Assembly (NCBI GenBank): GCA_963725865.1
Contig: CAVSAC010000014.1
Coordinates: 896,001 to 960,000, forward strand
DNA: 64,000 nt
DNA from: Candidatus Eiseniibacteriota bacterium
GTDB lineage: Bacteria > Eisenbacteria > RBG-16-71-46
Direction of reading: 5' to 3'
A program made the position numbers and the translations under genes. Position 1 is the stretch's first letter; each line of letters begins with the position of its first letter. Below, piece after piece: positions 9,306-19,354 of the stretch. The notes beneath the pieces are model-generated. The model made no database searches. It was not told where the DNA came from and worked only from the letters and a program-made list of their open reading frames with translations.

Positions 9306-9558
9306 GACGCACCTCCAGGGGCGGGATGTTCCGGCGCCCGGGGTAGGCGCCGCCTCACGGGTTGTATCGGTGCCGCTGCGAGAAAGCCTGTCATCGGGCC
9401 GTCCGTGGTGTGTCACGAATGGGCAAAAAGGCCCGCGCGCGCCCACGCTCCACGCGGCTCGCTTCGATGGTCGCGGCCCACGCGGGATGCCGAGCGAACG
9501 GCCGTTGCTCGATCGTGCAGTTGCGAACGCCCCCGCCGCGAGCGCACCGGACCGGCCG

Positions 9559-9587
9559 TTGACGAATGGCCACGTCCCTCCTAACGT
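9559..9587 (+). promoter_or_regulatory. Sigma70-type promoter for the 9610 gene
   Basis: TTGACG-17 nt-TAACGT. Confidence 0.55.
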
Positions 9588-9609
9588 GCGCCGCAGCCCC
9601 CAGCCCACC

Positions 9610-10803
9610 ATGCCCAGACGCCGATCCAGGTCCTCCGCCACCGTCGCCCGCACCCTGCTCGTCCTCGCGGGGTGCGCCGTGGTGCTGTTCGCCGGGGGTG
9701 AGGCGTGGCGACTGTGGAACTCGGACGCCGGGCGCCTGTTGCTGGCGCGCCACTTCGGCTGGGGCGATCCCGCGCGCATCACGCAGCTGATGGGACGCCA
9801 GGTGCACCGCGGCCTCGAGGCCGCCGGAGTCCCGCGCGACAGCCTGCACGAGAGCATCCCGGCGGACGGCCGCGCCGCGGTGCACTGGCGGGTCGGCCTG
9901 CCGCCCGCGGCCTCGGCACTGCAGACCAACTACGCCATCACGCGCCTGGTGCAGCAGGCCGGCGGCGAGGTGCTGACGGGCCGCGAGAGCGTCGGTCCGC
10001 ACGGCGAGGCGCTGGTCACGCTGCTGATCGGGCTGCCGCGCCGCCCGACGCACGAGGTGGTGCTGGTGCGCGCGCCCCGCGCGCGGCCAGCCGCGGATGA
10101 ACCGCCCGTGCACGAGCCGGGGCGACTGGCGCTGGTGCTGTTCGGATTCGGCGACGACCCCGAGCACGCCGCGACCGACTTCCGCATCGCGCACCCGTTC
10201 GCGGTCGCGCTGGTCCCGGGTGCCCCCTGGAGCAACGCGATGTTCCGCGCGGCGCGTGCGGCGCAGCGCGAGCTGGTGCTGCACCTGCCGCTCGAGCCGG
10301 TGAACTACCCGGCGGTCAACCCGGGCCCGGGCACCGTGCTCGTCACCATGGAACCCGCGCGCATCACCGGCCTGGTACGCCGCTACCTCGACACCGCCGG
10401 TCCAGTGAGCGCGGCGAGCAACCACATGGGCTCGCTCGCGACCCAGGACATGCAGGTGATGACCGCGGTCTATCGCGAGCTGCACCGGCGCGGGGTGCCG
10501 TTCGTGCACATGCAGCCGGCCGCCGGCTCGGTGTGCCGCTCGCTCGCCTCGGACCAGGGCGTCGTGTACGGCGAGCCGGACGCGGTGCTCGACGCCGAGG
10601 CGCGCGCCTCCGACACCCGCGCACTCGACGCGCGCTGGAAGGGCGTGCTCGCGCGGGCGCGCGAATCTGGCCGCGCGATCGTGTACCTGCGCGTCACTCC
10701 CACCTCGCGGCGCTGGCTTGACTCGGCACTCACCCCCGCGCGGCTCGGCGGCGTCAGCGTGGTGCCGCTCGCCTCGCTGCTGAAGAAGGGCGCGGTGCTG
10801 TAG
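9610..10803 (+). CDS. Divergent polysaccharide deacetylase (YibQ-like) family protein with N-terminal anchor
   Basis: LHLPLEP and SNHMGS motifs; N-terminal hydrophobic segment. Confidence 0.8.
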   Translation: MPRRRSRSSATVARTLLVLAGCAVVLFAGGEAWRLWNSDAGRLLLARHFGWGDPARITQLMGRQVHRGLEAAGVPRDSLHESIPADGRAAVHWRVGLPPAASALQTNYAITRLVQQAGGEVLTGRESVGPHGEALVTLLIGLPRRPTHEVVLVRAPRARPAADEPPVHEPGRLALVLFGFGDDPEHAATDFRIAHPFAVALVPGAPWSNAMFRAARAAQRELVLHLPLEPVNYPAVNPGPGTVLVTMEPARITGLVRRYLDTAGPVSAASNHMGSLATQDMQVMTAVYRELHRRGVPFVHMQPAAGSVCRSLASDQGVVYGEPDAVLDAEARASDTRALDARWKGVLARARESGRAIVYLRVTPTSRRWLDSALTPARLGGVSVVPLASLLKKGAVL

Positions 10804-10834
10804 CGGGCGGACCGCCGTGCTATCCTGCCCGCGC

Positions 10835-12853
10835 ATGCGTCTCGGACAGGATGTCCTCCACGACCCGCGAGCCGCGCTCGCCCACGGCTGGACGCTCGGG
10901 AACGGCGTCGGCAGCTCGGCGTCGGGCAGCGCGCTGGGCGCCACCGCGCGCCGCGACCACGTCTGGCTCGCCGCGGCCGGGCCCCACGGCCGCCTCACCG
11001 CGCTGCTGCTGGGCGCGGAGGAGCGCGTGCTCACGCTCGAGGGCACGTTCGAGCTCGCCTGCGCGCTGGGCCCCGACGGGCAGCCGCGCGGCGAGGGCGC
11101 CCGGCACCTCGAGTCGTTCCGCCTCGATCCGTGGCCGGTGTGGCGCTTCCGCTGCGGCGCGCTGGTGTTCGAGCGCGCGCTCGCGCTGATCGCCGGGCAC
11201 CACGCGGTCGCGGTCTCGTGGCGCCACCTGGAGGGCCCCGACGCGCGCATCACCGTCACCCCGCTGGTGGCGGCGCGCGACCTGCACGGGCTGCAGCGCG
11301 TCGACGCCGACCTGCGCGGCGCCGCCCAGGGCGTGCCCGGCCGGGTGCGGATCGAGACCGTGCCGGGCCGGCCGGTGCTCACGCTGTGGCACAACGGCGC
11401 GTTCATCCCGGCGCGGGTGTGGAGGCGCGGGCTGCTGCGGCCCGACGACGCGCTCCGTGCCGCGGCGGTCGAGGACGCGTTCGTGCCCGGTTACGTCGAG
11501 GGCGCGCTCGCGCCGGCCCAGCCGTTCCACCTGGTCGGATCCAGCGAGGACGACCTGTTCCGGGCACTCGCGCGCGAGGACCGGCTGGGCACCCCGCCCC
11601 CCCGCACGCTGGCGGGCTGCGTCGAGCACCTCGAGCAGGGCGAGCGCGCGCGCCGGGCGGCCGGCAAGGCGGCGGCGCTCGAGGGCGCGGACTTCACCGC
11701 GCGCCAGGCGTCGGCCGCGCATGGCGACCGCGGACTGGTGGTCGCGCGCCGCAGCGAGCCGCTGGTGGACGCCGACGATCCGTGGGTCGAGCCGCTCACG
11801 CTCTCGCTGCTCGCGGGCCTGGCGCGGCGCGGCGATCGGCTGACCGTGCTGGCCGCGCTGCCGGGCGGCGCGGAGCGCGGCAGCGACACGCTGCGCGCGG
11901 CGGTGGCGCTGGTGTCGCTGCGCGCGTTCGAGCCCGCGCGCGAGGTGCTGACGTGCGCCGTCGAGTACCTCAACGAGGGCCTCGTCCCCGCCACGTTCGA
12001 TCCCGCGGACGGCACCCCGCGCTACGGCGATCCCGAGCCGGCACTGTGGCTGGTGCGCGCGGCCGAGTTGTACGTGCGCCGCACCGAGGACACCACGTTC
12101 CTGCGCGAGGTGCTCTACCCCGGCCTCGAGAGCGTGATGCAGTTCTACCGCGCGGGCACCCGCCACGGCATCCGCGTCGACGCCGACGGGCTGCTGACCG
12201 CGGGCGAGGAGGCCGCCGCCACCAAGCGCGCCGACGTGAACGCGCTGTGGTCGCACGCGCTGATCGCGATGGCCCAACTCGCGCGGGTCGCCGGCCGGCG
12301 CGAGAGCGGCGCTTTCTACCTGGCATGGGCGCGCGAGCACCAGCGCGCGTTCGCGGAGCGCTTCTGGGACGAGGAGGCCGGCTGCCTGTTCGAGGCGATC
12401 GGCCCGCGCGGGCCCGAGTCGGGGCTGTCGCCCTCGCAGGTGCTGGCGGCCGCACTCGCGCCGCCGCTGCTCACGCCCGAGCGCGCGCGGCGGCTGATGG
12501 CGCGGGTCGAGCGCGAGCTGTTCACCCCCTGGGGGCTGCGCGCGGCGCCCGGCGAGCGCGCGGTGTCCACCGCCTGGCTGGGCGGGTTCTTCACCGCGTG
12601 GCTGCGCGCCCACGAGCGCTCGGCCGCGGCCGAGGCGCGGGCGCGCGGCTGGTTGGCGACGCTGCACGGCGCGATGGAGCGCTGCGGTGGGCACCTGCCC
12701 GAGCGCTTCGAGCTGGAGCCCCGCGGGCCGCACGCGCCGCGGCCGCGCTCCGCCGGCGACGGCGCCAGCATGCTGGCCGCCGCCGAGCTGCTGCGCGCGT
12801 GGATCGAGGAGTTCGATCACGCGGGCGAGCCGCTCGTCACCGCCCCGCGCTGA
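10835..12853 (+). CDS. Glycogen debranching enzyme-like protein (GDE_N + amylo-alpha-1,6-glucosidase), degenerate
   Basis: WTLGNGVGSSASGS, HLESFRLDPWPVWRF, GTRHGIRVDADGLL, VNALW and ELFTPWGLR; TGcTATCCT -10 box 8 nt before the ATG. Confidence 0.8.
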   Translation: MRLGQDVLHDPRAALAHGWTLGNGVGSSASGSALGATARRDHVWLAAAGPHGRLTALLLGAEERVLTLEGTFELACALGPDGQPRGEGARHLESFRLDPWPVWRFRCGALVFERALALIAGHHAVAVSWRHLEGPDARITVTPLVAARDLHGLQRVDADLRGAAQGVPGRVRIETVPGRPVLTLWHNGAFIPARVWRRGLLRPDDALRAAAVEDAFVPGYVEGALAPAQPFHLVGSSEDDLFRALAREDRLGTPPPRTLAGCVEHLEQGERARRAAGKAAALEGADFTARQASAAHGDRGLVVARRSEPLVDADDPWVEPLTLSLLAGLARRGDRLTVLAALPGGAERGSDTLRAAVALVSLRAFEPAREVLTCAVEYLNEGLVPATFDPADGTPRYGDPEPALWLVRAAELYVRRTEDTTFLREVLYPGLESVMQFYRAGTRHGIRVDADGLLTAGEEAAATKRADVNALWSHALIAMAQLARVAGRRESGAFYLAWAREHQRAFAERFWDEEAGCLFEAIGPRGPESGLSPSQVLAAALAPPLLTPERARRLMARVERELFTPWGLRAAPGERAVSTAWLGGFFTAWLRAHERSAAAEARARGWLATLHGAMERCGGHLPERFELEPRGPHAPRPRSAGDGASMLAAAELLRAWIEEFDHAGEPLVTAPR

Positions 12854-12881
12854 AGCGCTGCGGGCGCGTCTCCCGCGCCGC

Positions 12882-15521
12882 CTACTTCTGCGTGGTGTCC
12901 GCCGGCGGCGGCGGTGGTGTCGCGGGCGGCGGTGACACCGGCACCGGCGGCGTGGCGGGCGCGGGTGCCGGGGCCGGCGCGGGCGTGAAGCCGCCGAAGA
13001 ATCCCTTCAACACGTCGGTGCCCCGCTTGCGCAGGCTGTCGATGCTCACCGCGCGCACCTGAGCGAGCGCCTTCTGCGCCGAGTCCTGCGCCACCTCGGC
13101 GAGGCGCTGGCGCGCGGCCTCGCGCAGGTCGGTCTCGAGCCGGGCGCGCTGCTCGGCGATCGCGTCGGACACCTTGCCGGCCACCCGGTCGCGCATCGCG
13201 CGCGGATCCCACGCCACCCTCGGCGACTTCGCGGTGCCGCCCACGTGCAGGTCGATCAGCATGCGGCCCTGCGCATCGCTGAGCGCGCCCGCCGCGAGCG
13301 CGGCGCTGGCGCCCAGCCGCGCCACCTGCTCCGGCGGCAGCGTGATGCTGACCGCGTAGTCGAGCGCGCCGTCGAAGCCCACCGCGCCGGCGATCTTCCA
13401 GTCGCCCACGCTGGAGTGCAGGTCGACCTCGCGGGTCGCCACGCGCCCGCGCTCGACCTGGAACGGCAGCTGAAGGTCCTTGAAGCGCGCTTCCTTCAAG
13501 GCCGGAATCCGGGTCGCGGCCGCGATCGCCTCGAGCGCCGGGCCGGGTCCGATCTGCCCGTCGAACAGCGCGGCCAGTCCGATCGCGGTGAGCGAGCGCT
13601 GGAGCTGCTCGGGGCGGGTGCCGTCGCCGGCCAGGCTCAGGTCGGTGTTCATCACGCCGCGCAGCAGGCCCCGGGCGGGCGTCCATGCCGACAGCAGCGC
13701 GTCGGCCGAGACGCTGTCCACCTTCGCCTTCACGTCGAAGCCGGGGCTCGCGGGATCGCGCAGGTCGAACACGGCGCTGCCGTGCACGCGGCCCTGGTAG
13801 CCGCGCAGCGCGTACGCCGGCACGGTGAGCGAGGTCGGCGTCATCTGCACGTCGGCGCTCACGTCGGTGACGTCGAGCTTCTGGCTGATGAGCCGCCCGA
13901 TATGCGCGCGCCCGCTGCCGGTGGCGTTCGGCAGCACCGCGGGACCCGGCGTCGGCGGCAGCAGCTCCGCGAGGTCGAGGTAGGGCGAGTCGAGCGAGAA
14001 TCCCACGTTCGCCGGCGCCACCTTGCCGACTGGCGCCATCAGCGCGAGCGGCCGCGTGACGTTGGCGTTCAGCGTGAACGACGAGCGTCCCGCCCTGGCG
14101 GTGAGGCCGGCGATCGCGGCGGACTGCTGCGAGAAGCGCACCTCGCCGTTCACCTCCTCCACCGCCTTGGGCAGCATCGGCGCCGCGACGCTCACGCGCG
14201 CCAGTCGCGCGGAGCCCTCGAGCGCCAGACTGCCGGGATCCTTCGCGCGACCGCGGCCGCGCACGTCGACGTTCGCGCGTCCGCCGAGCCGCACGTCCTT
14301 GGGCGCCGCCAGCGGTCCGACCGCGGCCAGGTCGAGGTCGCCCTGCAGCGCGAACGCCACCAGCGGATCGGCGAAGCGCGTGACGATCAGGTTCGCGCGC
14401 ACCGGCTGCTCTGCGACGCGCGCGCGCAGGTCGCCGATCCCGAGCGAATCGGGCGCGAAGCGCGCGGTGAACGCGAGGTCCTTGACCGACGCCGGCGCGT
14501 CCGGGTAGCGGAACGCGCCGTTGGCCAGCGACAGGGTGCCGGTCACCGCAGGCAGCCGCCCGGGCGCCAGCGCCCCGGCCACGCGCAGGTCGAAGTCGAG
14601 CCGCCCGGCGCCGGTGATGCCGTGCAGCATCCGCGCGTCGGCGACCGCCAGCATCGCGAGCACCTCCTTGAGGTCCACCGCGGCGCCACGGGCGCGGAAG
14701 TCGATCCGCGCGCGCGGCCCCGGGTCGTCCACGACGCCGTTGAACGCCAGCTCGGTGCGCCCGAACGCGAGCGCCAGCTTCTCGAGCGCCAGGCGCTTCC
14801 GCGCGCCGTCGTACTTGCCCTGGTGGCGGAGCGTCCAGCGCACCTTGGCGAGCGACTGGTTCAGGTCGCTCATGCGCGCGGCCGAGAGCGGCCCGAGCGC
14901 CAGTCCGCTGACCGTCGTGGTGCCACCGGTCGCGATCCGCTGGCCGCCCTCGACCGCGAGCGCGGTGCGCGTCTCGATCCCGAACGCGGTGCGGCGCTGG
15001 GCGCGCAGGTCGTCGACCAGCACCTGGCCGTCCGCGATCTCGAACGCGCGCACCGCGAGGTCCATCCCGACGCCCTGCGACGGCGGCGCACCCGCCGGCT
15101 GCGGCTTCGCGAGCCCGTCGAAGTTGGTGGTGCCGTCGGCGCGCAGCAGCAGGTGCACGGCCGGATGGTCGAGCGCCAGCCGCCGCACCACCACCTTGCG
15201 ACCGAGCAGCGCGAACGGATCGAGGTCGAGGTGCAGCGCGCGCGCCTGGAGCGCCGCGCCGTCGCGGAAGCCGCCGGGCTCGGCGAGCGCGGGATTCGTC
15301 ACGGTCAGGCGCACGGGCGGGAACAGTCCGAGCGCCACGCCGTCGAAGCGCACCTCGCGCGTGAGCGCCTGGGCGGCCTGTGCCTGCACGAGCGCGCGCA
15401 GCTTCGCGGGCGGGAACAGCACCGCGAGCACGCCCCACGCGATCAGCACCAGCGCCACCACGACGCCGAGCGCCACGAGCACGATCCGGGAGCGGCCCGG
15501 AGCCCTGCGAGTGTCGGTCAT
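12882..15521 (-). CDS. AsmA family (lipid-bridge-like) protein
   Basis: N-terminal TM; AsmA-like N-terminus (LGLFPPVRLT...LDLDPFALL...DGTTNFD); long beta-rich body. Confidence 0.8.
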   Translation of the reverse strand: MTDTRRAPGRSRIVLVALGVVVALVLIAWGVLAVLFPPAKLRALVQAQAAQALTREVRFDGVALGLFPPVRLTVTNPALAEPGGFRDGAALQARALHLDLDPFALLGRKVVVRRLALDHPAVHLLLRADGTTNFDGLAKPQPAGAPPSQGVGMDLAVRAFEIADGQVLVDDLRAQRRTAFGIETRTALAVEGGQRIATGGTTTVSGLALGPLSAARMSDLNQSLAKVRWTLRHQGKYDGARKRLALEKLALAFGRTELAFNGVVDDPGPRARIDFRARGAAVDLKEVLAMLAVADARMLHGITGAGRLDFDLRVAGALAPGRLPAVTGTLSLANGAFRYPDAPASVKDLAFTARFAPDSLGIGDLRARVAEQPVRANLIVTRFADPLVAFALQGDLDLAAVGPLAAPKDVRLGGRANVDVRGRGRAKDPGSLALEGSARLARVSVAAPMLPKAVEEVNGEVRFSQQSAAIAGLTARAGRSSFTLNANVTRPLALMAPVGKVAPANVGFSLDSPYLDLAELLPPTPGPAVLPNATGSGRAHIGRLISQKLDVTDVSADVQMTPTSLTVPAYALRGYQGRVHGSAVFDLRDPASPGFDVKAKVDSVSADALLSAWTPARGLLRGVMNTDLSLAGDGTRPEQLQRSLTAIGLAALFDGQIGPGPALEAIAAATRIPALKEARFKDLQLPFQVERGRVATREVDLHSSVGDWKIAGAVGFDGALDYAVSITLPPEQVARLGASAALAAGALSDAQGRMLIDLHVGGTAKSPRVAWDPRAMRDRVAGKVSDAIAEQRARLETDLREAARQRLAEVAQDSAQKALAQVRAVSIDSLRKRGTDVLKGFFGGFTPAPAPAPAPATPPVPVSPPPATPPPPPADTTQK

Positions 15522-15616
15522 GGCGCGGATTCTGGAACGGCCCCGGCGCGGGCGCAAACGCCTTGTCGCTCCGTTCCGCGCGCGGGTACAGTCCGCGCCC
15601 GAAGGAGCCTGCCGCC

Positions 15617-16279
15617 ATGGAACCCACCGCCCTCGCGACCCTGCGCGCCCAGCGCCTGGTCGCCGTCATCCGCGCCGCGAACCCCGAGGCCGCGGTGGGC
15701 GCCGCGCGCGCGGTCGCCGCCGGCGGGCTCGCGCTGCTCGAGATCACGTTCACCGTGCCCGAGGCGCCGCGCGTGATCGCCGCGCTGCGCGATCTGCCGG
15801 GCGCGGTCGTCGGGGCGGGCACCGTGCTCACCCGCGAACAGTGCCGCGCCGCGCTGGACGCCGGCGCGCGCTTCGTGATCGCGCCCAACGCCTCCGCGGA
15901 GGTGGCGCGCGAGGCGCTCGCCGCCGGGGCGCTGTACTGCCCGGGCGCCTACACCACGTCCGAGATCCTTGCCGCGCGCGCGCTGGGGGCCCACGTCGTG
16001 AAGGTCTACCCGGTCGGGGTCGCGGGCGGCCCCGCCTACATCCAGGTCATCCGCGATCCGCTGCCCGACATCCCGATGCTCGCCGCCGGCGGCACGAACC
16101 TCGAGAACGTGGTGCCGTTCCTCGACGCCGGCTGCATCGGCTGCGGGCTGGGGGCGGCGCTCGCCGATCCGGCGCTGGCGCTCGCCGGGCGCTTCGACGT
16201 GATCACCGCGCGGGCCCGCGCCTTCGCCGACCGCGTGGCGGCGTGGACCGCCGCGCGCGGCGCGGCGACCTCGGCGTGA
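15617..16279 (+). CDS. eda: KDPG/KHG aldolase
   Basis: LVAVIRA, LEITFT, VGAGTVL, VKVYP, GGPAYI and AAGG motifs; SD AAGGAG. Confidence 0.92.
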   Translation: MEPTALATLRAQRLVAVIRAANPEAAVGAARAVAAGGLALLEITFTVPEAPRVIAALRDLPGAVVGAGTVLTREQCRAALDAGARFVIAPNASAEVAREALAAGALYCPGAYTTSEILAARALGAHVVKVYPVGVAGGPAYIQVIRDPLPDIPMLAAGGTNLENVVPFLDAGCIGCGLGAALADPALALAGRFDVITARARAFADRVAAWTAARGAATSA

Positions 16280-17553
16280 GCCGTCCGCGCACGCGCCGCC
16301 GGGCGGGCGCACCCGCGGCGGCGCTCGCGGCCGGTCTGGCCGCGCTCGCGCTGCTCGCGCTCGCGCCGCGCGCGGCCCGCGCGACGCTCGAGCAGTACAA
16401 CACCTTCGATCTCCTCGCGGAGGAGGAGGACGACGAGAGCCTGCTCGATCACGTGCTGACGCGGCCGCCCTCCGAGTGGCGCGAGGAGTGGGAACGCGCG
16501 CCGCAGGCGTTCCGCACCGCGCAGGGCTGTCTGACCAGCAGCCAGTGGATGCTCGTGAACCAGCTCAAGACCGGCGCGCCGCTCGGCAGCCGCGCGCGCT
16601 TCGATCTCGACCTCGACCAGACGCACACCAACGAGGTGGACGTCGACGTGCTGACGCTGGGGTTCCGGTTCCCGACCCCGCTGGGGACCGCGGCCGCCGA
16701 GTTCCAGCCCTCGTACGACAAGAGCCGTCAGGATCTCGTGCTCGCCTACGAGCTGGGCGCCGACACCACCGGCTTCTCCCTGCAGGCCGCGTGGGGGCTC
16801 GAGGACGTGTTCAACAACCTGTGGGCGTTCCGCCAGAGTCGCGTCGGCGAGCGCTCCGAGCCGTATACGCGCCACCCATACGAGCCGCGGCTGCGCCTCG
16901 GGGCGCGTGGGACGGACTGGCGGGCCACGATCGGCGGCCGCTGGATGACGCCGTCCGAGAAGCGCCTGGTGGGGGGCGCGGATCCGGCCAGCGACCACCT
17001 CCAGCGCCTGTGGGGCACGCTCGCCTGGGCCGAGGTGGCGGCGCGCGCGCTCGGCACCGACTGGACGCTGTCCTCCTCCCAGCAGCAGGTCGCCACCGAC
17101 GACACGCCGGTGAGCGGGCCGCCGCTCGACGGCCGCGAGTTCCGGCGCAAGTGGAGCGTCGAGTTCGCCGCCCGCCGCGCGCTGACGCGGCGCGTGGCGG
17201 CCGAGCTGCGCACGATCTACCAGTCGCGCACTCAGACCTACGGCGCGGTGTACGGTCCCGCCGCGTTCGGCGCGCTCGACCGCCTCGCGCAGCTCGACCT
17301 CGCGTGGGCCGCCACACCCCGGCTCACCTACCGGCTCGGCGCGCTCTACGACCGCATCTCGATCGGCCAGCAGGGCGCGGCCGCGCAGGGCGGCTACGGC
17401 TCGCGCAAGGAGTCGCGCGCCTACCTCGGGCTGATGGCGCGCTTCGGGCGCGTGGTCGTGCAGGGCGTCGAGGGCATCGAGTTGGACCGCGAGCCGTACG
17501 ACGTCTGGCTGGTGCACGACAAGGGGTTCGTCCAGCTGCAGACCACGTTCTGA
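16276..17553 (+). CDS. Hypothetical exported protein, probable outer-membrane beta-barrel
   Basis: GTG overlaps the eda stop (GTGA); signal peptide; alternating beta-strand pattern; C-terminal Phe (VQLQTTF). Confidence 0.65.
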   Translation: MSRPRTRRRAGAPAAALAAGLAALALLALAPRAARATLEQYNTFDLLAEEEDDESLLDHVLTRPPSEWREEWERAPQAFRTAQGCLTSSQWMLVNQLKTGAPLGSRARFDLDLDQTHTNEVDVDVLTLGFRFPTPLGTAAAEFQPSYDKSRQDLVLAYELGADTTGFSLQAAWGLEDVFNNLWAFRQSRVGERSEPYTRHPYEPRLRLGARGTDWRATIGGRWMTPSEKRLVGGADPASDHLQRLWGTLAWAEVAARALGTDWTLSSSQQQVATDDTPVSGPPLDGREFRRKWSVEFAARRALTRRVAAELRTIYQSRTQTYGAVYGPAAFGALDRLAQLDLAWAATPRLTYRLGALYDRISIGQQGAAAQGGYGSRKESRAYLGLMARFGRVVVQGVEGIELDREPYDVWLVHDKGFVQLQTTF

Positions 17554-17675
17554 CGCGCCCGGTGGCGCCTTGCGTACCGCCGACGTGGCGGCTATCGTCC
17601 GGTCCTCGGAACCCCCCAACCGAGCTTGGGATCGTCCGCGTCTCCTCGGGACGCCCTTAACAAGGAGGTTGCAGC

Positions 17676-19166
17676 ATGCGCCTGAGTCTCCGAATCGCCG
17701 CGCTGGGCCTCGCCGCGATGGCTGCGGCGGGAGTGGTCCAAGCGGAGCCGACTGGCCGCTACTTCACGATCACGCCGTTCGGCGGCTACCGGGTGTTCGA
17801 CGGTGACCACACCTTCCCCGGCACGAACACCATCCAGGACAATCTCTACGTCGGCGGGCGGCTCGGCTACCAACTGCTGCCGTGGCTCGGAATCGAGGGC
17901 GCCGGCGGCCTCACGCCGACCTCCGAGGACATCTCGGGCGGCCGCGACCTCGACATCTGGCACGCCTCCGGCAACCTGATGCTGACGCCGGCCAACGGCC
18001 GCTGGGGCGGTCCGTTCGTGTTCGGCGGCATGGGGTACGACAAGTACAAGCTGTCCTCCGGCGACCTCGAAGCGCACTACGTCACGATCGAGGGCGGCGG
18101 CGGGCTGCGCTTCTGGCTCACCGACGCCATCGGGCTGCGGCTCGAGGCGCGCGACCTCATGCTCACCGCCAATTCGCCCAAGAAGGAGCTCAACGCCTTC
18201 AACGACCTCGTGTTCGGCGCCGGCCTCGAGCTGGCGCTCGGCGGCGTGCCGCGCGACGGCGACGGCGACGGCGTGGCCGACCGCAAGGATCGCTGCCCCG
18301 ACACGCCGAAGGGTGCGACAGTCGACGCGCGTGGGTGCCCGATCGACACCGACGGCGACGGCGTGTTCGACGGTCTCGACAAGTGCCCGAACACCCCGAA
18401 GGGCTGCAAGGTCGACGCGACCGGCTGCCCGATCGACAGCGACGGCGACGGCGTGTGCGACGGCGTCGACGTGTGCGCGGACACGCCCAAGGGCGCGACC
18501 GTGGGGGCCACCGGCTGCCCGAGCGACGCGGATGGCGACTTCGTGCCCGACGGCATCGACAAGTGCGCGGACACGCCGAAGGGCGCGACCGTGGACGCGA
18601 CCGGCTGCCCGAAGGACACTGACGGCGACGGCGTGTGGGACGGCCTCGACAAGTGCGCGGACACCCCGGCCGGCGCCAAGGTCGACAAGGACGGCTGCCC
18701 GGTGGAGTTGATCGAGCGCGAGACCGAGCTGCTCGACACCGGCATGATCCGTCTGCAGAACATCAACTTCGAGACCGCGAAGGCCGAGCTGCTGCCCGAC
18801 GCGTTCCCGACCCTCGACGTGGTGGGCCAGGTGCTCAGCAAGTGGCCGGAGCTGCGCATCGAGGTCGGTGGCCACACCGATTCGCGCGGTTCGAACGTTT
18901 ACAACCAGAAGCTCAGCGAGGCGCGCGCCACGTCGGTGTTGACTTACCTGACCACGAAGTTCCCGGGCCTCAAGCCCGAGCAGTTCACGTCCAAGGGCTA
19001 CGGCGAGTCCAAGCCGATCGCGCCCAACACCGACCAGCTCGGCATGGCGAAGAACCGCCGCGTCGAGTTCGTGGTGCTCAACAAGGACGTGCTCAAGCGC
19101 GAGAGCGAGCGCCGTCGTCTGCTGCAGAAGGACGAGACGGCGCCCACGCCGAGCGAGAACAAGTAG
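17676..19166 (+). CDS. OmpA family protein with beta-barrel, thrombospondin type-3 repeats and peptidoglycan-binding domain
   Basis: SD AGGAGG; signal peptide; five D.DGDGV.D..D.C..TP repeats; GHTDSRG, NQKLSEARA and NRRVEF. Confidence 0.93.
   Translation: MRLSLRIAALGLAAMAAAGVVQAEPTGRYFTITPFGGYRVFDGDHTFPGTNTIQDNLYVGGRLGYQLLPWLGIEGAGGLTPTSEDISGGRDLDIWHASGNLMLTPANGRWGGPFVFGGMGYDKYKLSSGDLEAHYVTIEGGGGLRFWLTDAIGLRLEARDLMLTANSPKKELNAFNDLVFGAGLELALGGVPRDGDGDGVADRKDRCPDTPKGATVDARGCPIDTDGDGVFDGLDKCPNTPKGCKVDATGCPIDSDGDGVCDGVDVCADTPKGATVGATGCPSDADGDFVPDGIDKCADTPKGATVDATGCPKDTDGDGVWDGLDKCADTPAGAKVDKDGCPVELIERETELLDTGMIRLQNINFETAKAELLPDAFPTLDVVGQVLSKWPELRIEVGGHTDSRGSNVYNQKLSEARATSVLTYLTTKFPGLKPEQFTSKGYGESKPIAPNTDQLGMAKNRRVEFVVLNKDVLKRESERRRLLQKDETAPTPSENK
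18255..18701 (+). repeat. Five tandem ~90-nt coding repeats (TSP3-like Ca-binding)
   Basis: 30-aa unit D.DGDGV.DG.DKC.DTPKGATVDATGCP repeated five times. Confidence 0.85.
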
Positions 19167-19178
19167 TCCCGGCTCCAA

Positions 19179-19216
19179 CCGCGCGGCCCGGGTGCCTCGG
19201 CATCCGGGCCGCGCGG
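19179..19216 (+). terminator. Long hairpin after the ompA-like gene
   Basis: ccgcgcggcccgg-gtgcctcggcat-ccgggccgcgcgg, 13-bp perfect stem; no U-tract. Confidence 0.5.
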
Positions 19217-19354
19217 CGTCCGGGCCGCGGTGCGCCCCGGCGCCCCGCTCGTGCTGACCGCGGCCTGAGCCGCGCGCGCGCCGCCGTGCTACTCTGCGCG
19301 GCGCTCGCGTCACGACCACCGCGCGCCGCCGCTCCCCAGGCCCCGAGGGACACC

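Noticed and set aside
18255..18701. Regular ~90-nt repeats suggesting a CRISPR-like array
   Set aside because: They are in-frame coding TSP3 repeats within the OmpA protein, with no unique spacers or cas genes
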